Virus record (IMG/VR): IMGVR_UViG_3300024239_000015 | Span: 124,001 to 188,000 of that record | Direction: 5' to 3' (one strand) | DNA: 64,000 bases | Shown here: in pieces, positions 1 to 9,057 of the stretch | Position numbering within the stretch: position 1 is the stretch's first letter | Layout of the letters: every line of letters begins with the position of its first letter | Translations under genes and position numbers: made by a program | Notes under the pieces: generated by a model | What the model was told of the DNA's origin: nothing | The model's database searches: none | What the model saw: the letters and a program-made list of their open reading frames with translations, nothing else

Positions 1-245
1 AATGGAGTGAGGCCAAACCGAGGAATAGCAGCTTGAACAAACTCTTTGACTAAACCATCGGCTGTGTCGGTCTCTTCGTACTCTAAAGCAACGGTTTCTT
101 TCAGCTGAATATCGTGGTCTCCTACTAAAGGGGTAACGAACACCCCTTGATACACGAAGGGTTGGTCTTCTTCAAGTAACCGACGACGAAGCATATCCGC
201 TTCGCTAAAGTCTTTGTTCTTAGTGATGGATACGACGTTGTCCAT
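1..245 (-). CDS. Hypothetical protein, runs off the window edge
   Basis: Hand-translated: ATG at 245-243 with GGAGG upstream, MDNVVSITKNKDFSEADMLRRRLLEEDQPF..., open to base 1. Confidence 0.7.
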   Translation of the reverse strand, partial: MDNVVSITKNKDFSEADMLRRRLLEEDQPFVYQGVFVTPLVGDHDIQLKETVALEYEETDTADGLVKEFVQAAIPRFGLTP

Positions 246-246
246 T

Positions 247-600
247 CTACTCGCCTCCGCGATAAGTGTACTCAACAGCAAGTTTGAACTTGACCTCTAC
301 GGGCACAAATTCCAACCCATCGGGCGTAGCGATTGTAAATCCAAGTGGGTCGCCTACCCATTCTAAAAATAAACTACCTGTCCATTTATTGGCTTTGATC
401 ATCAACGTGGGATCACAAAAACACAACTGGACGTTGTAAAGTCCAGTGACTCGTAAACTTACGGCTTGGTGATCCGACCACCCTTGAGTGAATAACTCTA
501 GAGAAAGATCTAGAGGAGTCCCATCGAGCATACAGACAGCGAGGTCAGTGATTTGTGCATGTGCTGCGGTTACTTTCAGATCGGTAATTTTGATGTTCAT
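247..600 (-). CDS. Hypothetical protein
   Basis: 117-aa ORF in a tightly packed co-oriented run. Confidence 0.75.
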   Translation of the reverse strand: MNIKITDLKVTAAHAQITDLAVCMLDGTPLDLSLELFTQGWSDHQAVSLRVTGLYNVQLCFCDPTLMIKANKWTGSLFLEWVGDPLGFTIATPDGLEFVPVEVKFKLAVEYTYRGGE

Positions 601-620
601 TTAAACCCCCCCCCTTTGGA

Positions 621-1148
621 TCACCAACGATCGGCTATGCTTTTGACCATGACTAACCACTGTTTACGGTACGTTTGTGAAACGATTTGATACGCCAAAC
701 GTTCATAATACTTCGGTTTATCTGTAGAAAGAAACACGGTATCAAAGTGGTGTCTACAGTGGTCTTCTAAAGTCCTCACTAGCAATTTCCCTACTCCAGA
801 ACGCTGCCACTGCCACGCTACGCAAAGTTGGTTCAACGAAACGCACTCTGCATCAAACGCACAAGGACTGGCGTTAAGAAAGCCGATCAATACCCCATTG
901 TCAACGTACACCCCAAGCGTTACACTTTTAGGACGAGTTAGGTCTTCTAGAAAGCGATCAAAGTACTCATTAGCTACAGCACGATTAGTGAGTGTCGTTT
1001 GGTGTGCGCCTAGAAAGATTTCTACAACGCGTTGATGGTCTGTTCCTTCTATGACAGCCACGTAACAGGACGTTGTGTCCGTATCCCGTAAGACGTGCTG
1101 AGTTTGGTGCGCGTCGCTCATTAGGTCCTTCAGTTCAGGTGTGCTCAT
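621..1148 (-). CDS. GNAT-family acetyltransferase
   Basis: Acetyl-CoA motif A (LCVAWQWQRSGVGKLLV = Q/RxxGxG) and C-terminal KYYERLAY typical of GNATs. Confidence 0.8.
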   Translation of the reverse strand: MSTPELKDLMSDAHQTQHVLRDTDTTSCYVAVIEGTDHQRVVEIFLGAHQTTLTNRAVANEYFDRFLEDLTRPKSVTLGVYVDNGVLIGFLNASPCAFDAECVSLNQLCVAWQWQRSGVGKLLVRTLEDHCRHHFDTVFLSTDKPKYYERLAYQIVSQTYRKQWLVMVKSIADRW

Positions 1149-1417
1149 GTTGGTTCCTTTTCTGGTTCAGAAAGTGACTTTAGCCAGTTGATGAATTTCT
1201 CACGCTCCCATCTCGGACTTCCTCCCAATTTAAAATCTGGGAGAGGCACTGCCGTAATATTCCCGCGAGAGTCCCTAAGTGGCACGTAGTCAGGGTGTTC
1301 CGGAGAGTACCGCATCCTCTCCAGAGTACGACGACTAACGCTTAGAAGACGGTATATGTCAGACAGTGTTAAGTACCTCGGTATTTCCCAAGATACACCA
1401 CCGGAAATAATCATCAT
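1145..1417 (-). CDS. AlpA/excisionase-like winged HTH DNA-binding protein
   Basis: YLTLSDIYRLLSVSRRTLERM...PDFKLGGSPRWEREKFINWL pattern; overlaps neighbours by 4 nt. Confidence 0.7.
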   Translation of the reverse strand: MMIISGGVSWEIPRYLTLSDIYRLLSVSRRTLERMRYSPEHPDYVPLRDSRGNITAVPLPDFKLGGSPRWEREKFINWLKSLSEPEKEPT

Positions 1418-1719
1418 TCTACCACCGCCTCGTATAGGTTAAAGGTAATGACCGGCTCTACGCTCCGGTCGGTTAAACGCTCGCTGATGTAACAGAACGG
1501 TCCGTTGTCTGGGTGGTCTAACCACACCACGAGGTTGTTGTTCTCAAAGAAACTCAGCGCTTCGTAATAGTTTCCACGGCTAGGCCAGACGTGGGAGATG
1601 GGTAGTTGTGTGGACAACTGCTTCACTAACGGGTTCAGCGTTTTAAAGTGCGCTCGAAGTACCGCGTCTGTCGTAGGAGAGACGGTGGTACCGATTTTGA
1701 TGTCGACGTATTCGTACAT
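1414..1719 (-). CDS. Hypothetical protein
   Basis: 101-aa ORF overlapping the next gene. Confidence 0.7.
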   Translation of the reverse strand: MYEYVDIKIGTTVSPTTDAVLRAHFKTLNPLVKQLSTQLPISHVWPSRGNYYEALSFFENNNLVVWLDHPDNGPFCYISERLTDRSVEPVITFNLYEAVVE

Positions 1720-1722
1720 GGT

Positions 1723-2145
1723 TCAATCCTCTTCTTCCCAATCGATGCAAGCGGTCGCTACACGAACCGATTCATCGCCACTGTATGGGGTGACCAATGA
1801 ACACTGCAACCACACCCGGTCTTTAGGGGCGCAATAAGGACTATCAAAACAGACGTACGTTTGTCTCCAGGTCAACAAAGGAGCATGGCAGTTGTTCTTC
1901 ACATCCATTGCTTGGGTTATTTTCCACTCAACGCGATGCTGGTGTTTGTGTTGTGGGTTGCGTGTTTCCCAAACGTTACAGACCGCAAAGAAAGTTTCTG
2001 TACCGGAATTCATTCCAATTTCAGACAATTCAACTGAGATGTGTGACGGTACCAAATACACCAGGTTCTGCGCAGCACAGGTGACTCCACAAACGGTAGT
2101 GTGCATGAGTTCCGATGGCGGTAAATCAATTTCGATTCGTTTCAT
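1723..2145 (-). CDS. Hypothetical protein
   Basis: 140-aa ORF with GAGGAG upstream. Confidence 0.7.
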   Translation of the reverse strand: MKRIEIDLPPSELMHTTVCGVTCAAQNLVYLVPSHISVELSEIGMNSGTETFFAVCNVWETRNPQHKHQHRVEWKITQAMDVKNNCHAPLLTWRQTYVCFDSPYCAPKDRVWLQCSLVTPYSGDESVRVATACIDWEEED

Positions 2146-2155
2146 AGTCTACTCC

Positions 2156-2389
2156 TCAGTCCCGTTCCAGGTACTTACAGAAATGTCCCGGTTTGTTCGG
2201 CGTGGATACCCATACGACCACACATTCCTCTTTAGGTTGTACGACGATGGGATTGTTTTTAGCGTACTCAGAATCACTCAGATCGACGTGAATACAAGCA
2301 GGTTGATCGAGCATGCTCTTTTCACCAAAAGCGCTTAGAATCAATTCTACGGCTCTTTGTGGGCAATCTTGATTTAGTACTTGGTACAT
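2156..2389 (-). CDS. Hypothetical protein
   Basis: Track ORF 2156..2467; start moved to ATG 2389 (MYQVLNQ) behind an AAGGA RBS. Confidence 0.6.
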   Translation of the reverse strand: MYQVLNQDCPQRAVELILSAFGEKSMLDQPACIHVDLSDSEYAKNNPIVVQPKEECVVVWVSTPNKPGHFCKYLERD

Positions 2390-2394
2390 ACCGT

Positions 2395-3423
2395 TTATTC
2401 CTTCTCTTTTAATCCGAATGAGTTTATAACAGGAGTGGTTTTTAACAGCTCTTGTAAACGTTCCCACTCGCCCTCTACTGTCAACGCGATGAAGTCTATC
2501 CCACCAACAGTTCTTGGTGGGGTACCCAGGAACCCAAGGAAGACAGGTTCTCTTTTAACTGGTGGTTCATCAGGAACTTTAACCTCACACGCCAATCCAC
2601 CGCGATACACATAAGCGTACGTTAAGCGATCGTCAAAGTCGTCGTCTTCGTGCGCCCATACCGCTAACAGTTGTCCTTCTTCAGCTACAAGAAACGGAGA
2701 GACTAATGTAAAGAACGCTTGTAAGCAATCCGGATACACCTTCCCTTCTCTGTGTAACTCCAGTTTCTTCCGATCGACTTCCGTGGTCAGTAACTCGTAG
2801 AACCATTCTTCGTCCTTAAAGTCTTCTGAGAAAAAGAAATGTGGACGTTGGATTTGTTCTAAGTGAGTATAAGGCCAACCTAGAGACAAATCAAAAGGAA
2901 CGTCCTTCTCGTAGTGGTGTTCGATTGCTTCCAGGAACTCAGGTATCCGAGGGAAGAATTTTCCCTCAGGGTCTTTGAGTTTTATCTGAACGTGTACTTT
3001 ATGGCGATCGCTCATGCTGTTATTCTCTTCGTCCTCAGACCACTCGACCTCGGCTATAATCACACGTCCCATACCCCTTGGGTAATCGACGGTAAAGTCC
3101 GATACCTGCGCGTGCACTCTATCGCTAGGTGGCGTGTATTTATCCGACATATTCGCGTACGTCTGTTTGGACTCCACGGTCACCTCTTCCAGATTGGAAG
3201 AACGTTCACACGTAAAACGAACCCAAAACTCATGAGGCTCGTTTACGCGGTAGGTGTTAAAGGCACCTTCGAGACAATACGTGCATGAGTCCACAGCGGT
3301 AAGTTTTGTGGGGGTGTACGTACCTCCTTCTGGCAATAACACCGACAGTGTGCTTATGGAGAATTCTCCATGCTGTATAGTGAAATTCTTAGGTAAACGT
3401 ACGTCGTATTCTTTTAGTTCCAT
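2395..3423 (-). CDS. Hypothetical protein (342 aa)
   Basis: Long ORF with GGAGAG RBS, first gene after a degenerate promoter-like motif. Confidence 0.8.
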   Translation of the reverse strand: MELKEYDVRLPKNFTIQHGEFSISTLSVLLPEGGTYTPTKLTAVDSCTYCLEGAFNTYRVNEPHEFWVRFTCERSSNLEEVTVESKQTYANMSDKYTPPSDRVHAQVSDFTVDYPRGMGRVIIAEVEWSEDEENNSMSDRHKVHVQIKLKDPEGKFFPRIPEFLEAIEHHYEKDVPFDLSLGWPYTHLEQIQRPHFFFSEDFKDEEWFYELLTTEVDRKKLELHREGKVYPDCLQAFFTLVSPFLVAEEGQLLAVWAHEDDDFDDRLTYAYVYRGGLACEVKVPDEPPVKREPVFLGFLGTPPRTVGGIDFIALTVEGEWERLQELLKTTPVINSFGLKEKE

Positions 3424-3460
3424 GGTACTCTCCGATGGTTCTTTAGTTTAGTTCCTAAAG

Positions 3461-3486
3461 ATAATGTAGGTCTATAAACACTTCGA
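3461..3486 (-). promoter_or_regulatory. Degenerate copy of the 26-bp phage promoter-like motif
   Basis: ataatgtaggtctataaacacttcga aligns without gaps to atattaaatacctataaaacattcga. Confidence 0.4.
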
Positions 3487-3530
3487 TTAGTCTATGCTGT
3501 GAATTATGACACAAAAAAAGAAACGGCATA

Positions 3531-3555
3531 CGGGGAGGGTGTGAAACCCTCCCCG
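3531..3555 (-). terminator. Intrinsic terminator
   Basis: cggggagggt/accctccccg stem, followed on the minus strand by TATGCCG and a T run. Confidence 0.8.
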
Positions 3556-3562
3556 CTTTGCG

Positions 3563-4021
3563 TTAATGGAGCACTCTGACTTTTACTTTTTCTATCTTAA
3601 ACAGAATACACGCAGTTTCGGTATCTTCGTCCACGGTTTCGATCGCCATGTAGAGTACGTCGTCTGTAGGCACGAATAACGTACAACGGACTGCTATATC
3701 TGCTTTGGCTTCACTGCAAATATAAAACAACGTCAGGACGCACTCTAGAACTCGATCAGGAAACGCGTTCAGCTCAAGCTCGACAAGCGCTGAGTCAATA
3801 AACTCACTTGCGATGTCTCCAAACGCATCTCCTGCGCCTCTCACGCACTCTAGACACAGCACTTCTTCCAGTGACCCTTCTGCTTCTTCTGGTGTTGTGA
3901 ACACATACCCTTCTACGATGTACTGTGTAAGCTCCCCGTTAATTAACCGCACTAAGTGTTCTTGCGTATCCCGTTGCTGTTGTGTGAGGTGTTCGGTCTC
4001 TACAGTCTCTACTATCGGCAT
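3563..4021 (-). CDS. Hypothetical acidic protein
   Basis: 152-aa ORF, GGAG RBS. Confidence 0.75.
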   Translation of the reverse strand: MPIVETVETEHLTQQQRDTQEHLVRLINGELTQYIVEGYVFTTPEEAEGSLEEVLCLECVRGAGDAFGDIASEFIDSALVELELNAFPDRVLECVLTLFYICSEAKADIAVRCTLFVPTDDVLYMAIETVDEDTETACILFKIEKVKVRVLH

Positions 4022-4045
4022 AGCGTACTCCTTTTTTCTTCAGAT

Positions 4046-4459
4046 TCACTGGATTACTTTGAATCCACGATCGAATATTGCTAATCTCACTAACTCTTCA
4101 ATGAGCTCTGGGTCTTTCGCACACGTGTATTTAACGACTTCTCCATCCTTTACCATGATACTTAATACCTCACGGTCTCCCATTAAGACCCTCGCGTAAT
4201 GCGGAAACATCACGACTTCTAGATCCTCACGCGTACGTACACACATGGTGGATTTCCCCATACCAGGAACATCGACGATTTCATCGGAGACTTCCTTAAA
4301 ACCCGCCAAATGGTTTTGTAAGTCATAGAAAAGCGGGAGCAAACGCTGTCGTTGCTCCCGCTTCATCGCTTTGTGTTTTAACCACAGATACCTTACCAAG
4401 TGTAACAGTAACACCGAACACGCCCCTACGACAATTCCTAACAGCAAAGTTTCTGACAT
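4046..4459 (-). CDS. Hypothetical protein with N-terminal membrane anchor
   Basis: LLLGIVVGACSVLLLHLVRYLW hydrophobic N-terminus, AAGGAG RBS. Confidence 0.75.
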   Translation of the reverse strand: MSETLLLGIVVGACSVLLLHLVRYLWLKHKAMKREQRQRLLPLFYDLQNHLAGFKEVSDEIVDVPGMGKSTMCVRTREDLEVVMFPHYARVLMGDREVLSIMVKDGEVVKYTCAKDPELIEELVRLAIFDRGFKVIQ

Positions 4460-4469
4460 GTCTCACTCC

Positions 4470-4871
4470 TTACGCAAATGCTTTGTTGATTAATTGTTTT
4501 GCTTCTTCTACGTCACCAGTAAACACAAAGTGTGTTACTTCCGTGGTTCCGTCCTTTCCCGTGTGGTGATGGATTCTTACTAACTGTCCTCCCTGGTACG
4601 ACAGTTGCACGTAGTTCTCACACACGTACACGGTGTAGCTTCCTTTCCCGTAGCTTGAGACTTCAAACGTACGTCCTGTCTCTCCACTGGTGACGTCTCG
4701 GGCGTACTCGTAATGAAACCCCCAATCCGCTGGAGTGCTCAATTTGTATAAAACCTCTTCTACGTAAGGCTTGTGGCGATTTTGTTCTCTTTGTTCTAGA
4801 TCTGCCAACCAGCCTATTAACAGCAGGCCAGCGAACACCGTCAACACAACGTAGATCGTATTCTCATTCAT
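4470..4871 (-). CDS. Hypothetical protein with N-terminal membrane anchor
   Basis: IYVVLTVFAGLLLIGWLA hydrophobic N-terminus, GAGGAG RBS. Confidence 0.75.
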   Translation of the reverse strand: MNENTIYVVLTVFAGLLLIGWLADLEQREQNRHKPYVEEVLYKLSTPADWGFHYEYARDVTSGETGRTFEVSSYGKGSYTVYVCENYVQLSYQGGQLVRIHHHTGKDGTTEVTHFVFTGDVEEAKQLINKAFA

Positions 4872-4881
4872 TTCTCTCTCC

Positions 4882-5586
4882 TCAGTTTTTTGTTTGTACG
4901 TAACGGTCTAACAGTTCCCAATTCAATGGCGTATACAAAGGTTCTATTTGTAACCCTTCTTTACTGAACGTGAGTACCTGCCCTTTGTGTTTCTCTATCA
5001 GCCCTAATTCGGCTTTCCCTAGTATCCGGTGTTCCTTTTTATACACCGAGTATTTCTTCCATCGAGCTTGCATTTTCTTTTTATCTCTGGTGTCCTTAAA
5101 GTCTCCAGCAAAGAAGCTCTGGAATAAACCCAACTTTGCTGTAGGTAAACCACACACCCGCACCACGGCTTCTGACTGTTGGACAAAGACTTGATCTACA
5201 GCCTGTTCTTTTAACGCCTCGAGGTGTTCTACTAATTGTCCTTCTGCGTCTTTAAAAACCTTCAGTACTTTCCCTACCGTAACACGCTCCCCTACGGTTT
5301 CTGTTAAACGTTTCGCTAGACTCCCCATGCGTTTATACAACAATGAAACGTCCTCCACCAACAAGTGTTCAAAGAACGCAACCTGCGAGCAGCTAGACGT
5401 ATTCCCAAACGACTGCGTGTACGTAAGGTCTGGGTGATACAACACTTGTAGACAGGCAGATATTTCTTTTGGGGAGATTCCTAATTCTACTTTCATGTAT
5501 TTACGGATCTGTTTGTTCAGTAACTTATCGAATACCACGACTGGTTCTTTATGACTGTAGTCTCCGTATTTCATCACTCTACGCAT
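4882..5586 (-). CDS. Hypothetical basic protein
   Basis: 234-aa ORF, first gene after the promoter-like motif at 5622. Confidence 0.75.
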   Translation of the reverse strand: MRRVMKYGDYSHKEPVVVFDKLLNKQIRKYMKVELGISPKEISACLQVLYHPDLTYTQSFGNTSSCSQVAFFEHLLVEDVSLLYKRMGSLAKRLTETVGERVTVGKVLKVFKDAEGQLVEHLEALKEQAVDQVFVQQSEAVVRVCGLPTAKLGLFQSFFAGDFKDTRDKKKMQARWKKYSVYKKEHRILGKAELGLIEKHKGQVLTFSKEGLQIEPLYTPLNWELLDRYVQTKN

Positions 5587-5621
5587 GGTACGTATACCTT
5601 TGATTGATTGTCTCTACCTGT

Positions 5622-5647
5622 ATATTAAATACCTGTAATTCTTTCCA
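5622..5647 (-). promoter_or_regulatory. 26-bp phage promoter-like motif
   Basis: atattaaatacctgtaatt..., first 13 nt identical to the consensus. Confidence 0.6.
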
Positions 5648-5659
5648 GACCGCATAGAC

Positions 5660-5945
5660 GGGAGGGGTGTGTCCCCTCCCTCTTAGCTACTGGACTCTCG
5701 TCTTAGGAGAAGGGTAGTGGGTGTAAGCACCCACGCTACTCCTGTCTGTCTAGAGAGAGTACTACCTCTCTCTAGGGATAGGGATGGTGAGTGTCTGGAC
5801 ACTCACACTACTGAAGGATACTGTCTGTATTATGACAGACAGTTCTCTCTCCTGTATCTGTAGATACAGGGAATAAGGATATCGTTCATAGAGAGGATAA
5901 GGAAGTCATTCACTACGTTCATTCCTCTATACCTTATCTCTCTAT
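5660..5945. repeat. Array of about seven inverted repeats in a divergent intergenic region
   Basis: Stems at 5660-5680, 5714-5739, 5750-5775, 5787-5806, 5820-5843, 5851-5870 and 5888-5902/5932-5945, read directly from the sequence. Confidence 0.85.
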
Positions 5946-6105
5946 TCTCTCTACTATATTAACTAATAGTTACACACACAAAAAGCCCCACCCCAACCCC
6001 TCCCATTGCTGGAAAGAGGCAGTAGTCAGTGACTACATAGTATACGTAGACTCAGTGTAAAAAATAACTATTCTTTGATACAAAGAGTAGTGAGCGAGGT
6101 GTGTG

Positions 6106-6366
6106 ATGCAACAATCTGTAACCATTCCTGCGAATGGGTATATAAAGGTTTTAGTGAACGTACGTCCTGGTGCTGTGTTCTCTGTAGTGCCTGGTGTAGG
6201 AGGACACATGCACGTCGAGTTCACGGTAGTCGACGGAGGACATCGATATCTGTGGGATAAAGCGAGTGTAAACAGTCCTACGTGGCATGTGGTAGACTGT
6301 CCTATGGCTGAAGTGTATGTAAAGGCAGACGTAGCTGCTGGTGTATTTGAATGGAGAAACCCATGA
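6106..6366 (+). CDS. Hypothetical protein translationally coupled to the endolysin
   Basis: GAGGT RBS; its TGA overlaps the endolysin ATG (ATGA at 6363-6366). Confidence 0.7.
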   Translation: MQQSVTIPANGYIKVLVNVRPGAVFSVVPGVGGHMHVEFTVVDGGHRYLWDKASVNSPTWHVVDCPMAEVYVKADVAAGVFEWRNP

Positions 6367-6974
6367 AACAACCGTTAACGAAGAATGAATGTATCCACGA
6401 AGTCGTGGTGGTAGAAGGTGGGTACGTGGATGACCCGAATGACTTAGGGGGAGAGACCAACTATGGGATCACCAAAGAGACAGCAATGAAGTACAAACAC
6501 TGGTGGGCTCACTACAAGTGGGACGGAAACATGCGGACAATGCCAGTGGATTTTGTGTATGCGGTGTATGACGTGGAGTATTGGCAACGTTTGAACTTAG
6601 ACACCATCGCAAAACGCTCTGTAACGCTCGCTAGTCGATTATTTGACTTTGGTGTGAATGCTGGTATAGCTAACGCAGCACAAGCGCTACAACGCAGTTT
6701 AAACGTGTTAAATAAGCAGGGTACTTTGTATCCTGATATTGAGTTAGGGACGATCATTGGTCCTGTGACTCTAAAAGCGTTTGAAGGGTATGCGAATACC
6801 GTGACGAAAGACTCAGCTGGGTTTGAGAAACTGACGTTGATGATCTACGGTTTACAGATCGCACACTACGTGAAGATCTCGGAAGAGCGTCAGAAGAACG
6901 AAGACTTTACACGGGGGTGGGTGAACCGTGTATGGAAAGCATTCTGGAATTACGCGGAGTGGTTGACACCTTAG
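6363..6974 (+). CDS. Endolysin, glycoside hydrolase family 108 with C-terminal peptidoglycan-binding domain
   Basis: Catalytic EGGYVDDPNDLGGETNYGIT motif; C-terminal QIAHY...NEDFTRGWVNRV; start at 6363 behind GGAG. Confidence 0.92.
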   Translation: MKQPLTKNECIHEVVVVEGGYVDDPNDLGGETNYGITKETAMKYKHWWAHYKWDGNMRTMPVDFVYAVYDVEYWQRLNLDTIAKRSVTLASRLFDFGVNAGIANAAQALQRSLNVLNKQGTLYPDIELGTIIGPVTLKAFEGYANTVTKDSAGFEKLTLMIYGLQIAHYVKISEERQKNEDFTRGWVNRVWKAFWNYAEWLTP

Positions 6975-6979
6975 GTGTA

Positions 6980-7012
6980 GCATAGAGGGAGGCGTAAAGC
7001 CTCCCTCTATGC
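6980..7012. terminator. Bidirectional terminator between convergent genes
   Basis: gcatagagggaggc/gcctccctctatgc perfect stem. Confidence 0.85.
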
Positions 7013-7039
7013 TGGGTTTGTAACCAAGATACGAACTCG

Positions 7040-8257
7040 TTATTTTGCTCTTACGTAATCAACGAAGCTACCGGAAGATGTCGCGCTTGGTGTTCCCGCC
7101 AGAAAACCTCCAATTGTATTTCCCACAAACACTCTCTGTGACGTCAATACCGTCGGCATCGAATGATCGACTTCCACGTAGTTCACAAAATCCGTTGTCG
7201 TGTAAAAACGCCCCTCCTCGCCGTTGGTCCAGTGTTTGTTGTCGAAGAAACCTGCGTAAGACAAGAAATACGTTTTGTTGGCCCCGAGCGGAAAATCGGT
7301 CATAGTAGCACCAGAGTTATTACTATAATAAAATCCTCTATTGCCAGCCGCATCGGAGTAAGGCACTATATTTCTAAAAGACCCACCACCAGGAAGTAGA
7401 TGAAACGAGAAAGTCCTAGGTAAACTCAACCCACTCGTGTCCACAACCGCACCTAACGTAAAACTAAACGTAGAGTCGTTGGCATAAAGCAAACGGAACG
7501 CGGTACCTCCACTAAAACGCGCCATAACGACGTAGTTGGTACCGTCCCAAACAATTCCGTAGGGCCACCAGTTAGACGAGGTGTTCACGTCTACGGTGAC
7601 TCTAGTCGGACTTGTGTTGGTCAGGTTGTTGGCTTTCTCGATGGCGAATCTGGAATGTGTGCCCGTGTCCGATCTACTTTTGCGGAGCACCGCAAAGTTA
7701 TTAGGGCTGGCAGCATACCAATCAGGCCAACCGTGCGTCCCATCCGCCACAGACGACGACGCGATGGTCCACGCGACACCGTCCGTGCTATGCCCAAAAA
7801 TCCAGGTATGGTCGTTTTGGGAAGCTAAATAAATCACTCTGTTGAATCCGGGATGCCAAAACCCTACGTTTAAAGAGCCGTTGGTGATTATAGTTCCAAT
7901 GTTATTCAAAAAGAAAGACCACCCCACCCCACCATCGTCACTGACCACGGTACCTTTAGGACCACCACTCGCGCTCTGAACTGGAATTACAATCCTGCCA
8001 GTGGATGGTATCTGACACGGAGTTGCGATTCCCAAAACGTTACCATAAAGAGTAGGTAATACAGAACTCGTACTTAAGTTTAGTCTTCCAAAACGCCAGA
8101 ACGTCGTATCGATCAGATTTTGGTCCGATAGTACAGTACCCGTACGCACATACACTTTTGTACCGTCGATGTGCACGTGAGGCGTTCGTTCATAGAAGGT
8201 CGTCTTGGCCCCAACAGCTACATCACCACCACCGAAAAATCTCGCTAAATTACCCAT
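7040..8257 (-). CDS. Tail-associated beta-propeller (Asp-box) putative receptor-binding protein
   Basis: Asp-box-like SDDGGVGW, STDGVAW, SNNSGATM; paralogous to 19208..20482; ends the fibre cluster. Confidence 0.65.
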   Translation of the reverse strand: MGNLARFFGGGDVAVGAKTTFYERTPHVHIDGTKVYVRTGTVLSDQNLIDTTFWRFGRLNLSTSSVLPTLYGNVLGIATPCQIPSTGRIVIPVQSASGGPKGTVVSDDGGVGWSFFLNNIGTIITNGSLNVGFWHPGFNRVIYLASQNDHTWIFGHSTDGVAWTIASSSVADGTHGWPDWYAASPNNFAVLRKSRSDTGTHSRFAIEKANNLTNTSPTRVTVDVNTSSNWWPYGIVWDGTNYVVMARFSGGTAFRLLYANDSTFSFTLGAVVDTSGLSLPRTFSFHLLPGGGSFRNIVPYSDAAGNRGFYYSNNSGATMTDFPLGANKTYFLSYAGFFDNKHWTNGEEGRFYTTTDFVNYVEVDHSMPTVLTSQRVFVGNTIGGFLAGTPSATSSGSFVDYVRAK

Positions 8258-8272
8258 TGGGGTAGTCTCCTT

Positions 8273-8608
8273 TTATTTACGGAATGTAAAGGTTGTGGTA
8301 TCGAGCGAGTATTTACTCAACTCTACTTTTAATGCGTCTTCCCAGCCAGTCCCTGGCGTAGGCTCTTTGACCCCAAAATACGCCTGAAGAAACTCCGTAG
8401 CTTCTGGAATAACCTTTTCAGCCACATACCTTGCTGCACTCCCACCGTAGTTATTCGTAATGGCAGCTTGCGCGTCGTTACTAACCGCGATTGCTTCCTC
8501 GTTCTGTCCCGACTGCGGGTTGTATAACGCGACCCAAAAGTCATTATCCATTCCTAATTGAAACTGGATAATGAAGCGATCATACGTCGCTACGTCTATT
8601 TTAAACAT
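8273..8608 (-). CDS. Hypothetical protein, possible tail-fibre accessory/chaperone
   Basis: 111-aa ORF downstream of the long fibre. Confidence 0.6.
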   Translation of the reverse strand: MFKIDVATYDRFIIQFQLGMDNDFWVALYNPQSGQNEEAIAVSNDAQAAITNNYGGSAARYVAEKVIPEATEFLQAYFGVKEPTPGTGWEDALKVELSKYSLDTTTFTFRK

Positions 8609-8618
8609 ACCCTACCCC

Positions 8619-9005
8619 TTACGGAAGTAATTTAAAACCTTGTGCAGCATCGTCTGAAAAGCCGTAACGAAAAAGCCACAGTAACTGTTCCAATACCCCC
8701 GTTGGGTACTCTGGAAGCGTTCCACCTGTTGCTTTTAAAAGCTTCTCATTCCCTACACGGATGAAGTCGTCTAAGAACGCTTTGGTATTCCCGTCATAAC
8801 GCTGAGTGATTTCAGCTTCCACGTAGTCTATCGCGTGTACTAGCTCAAAGTCACTTGACGCACTGCTAGGACCACCAGCAGTGATTTGTTTTACCATCAC
8901 CACCCCCGCAGGGATGTCAGGCGAGCCTGCATTCACACCCACAGCACACACGTACCCATTGACGACACGTATCGTGTCTTCTGGGGTAGGTAAATACCCT
9001 TTCAT
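8619..9005 (-). CDS. Hypothetical protein, possible tail-fibre accessory/chaperone
   Basis: ATG 9005 (MKGYLPT) behind AAGGAG; directly follows the long fibre. Confidence 0.6.
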   Translation of the reverse strand: MKGYLPTPEDTIRVVNGYVCAVGVNAGSPDIPAGVVMVKQITAGGPSSASSDFELVHAIDYVEAEITQRYDGNTKAFLDDFIRVGNEKLLKATGGTLPEYPTGVLEQLLWLFRYGFSDDAAQGFKLLP

Positions 9006-9057
9006 ACACACTCCTTAAGAATCAGTAAGTCGAGTGGGAGTCTCCCCCCACTCTAGG

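Noticed and set aside
5660-5945. CRISPR array
   Set aside because: The palindromes all differ in sequence; there is no repeat-spacer periodicity
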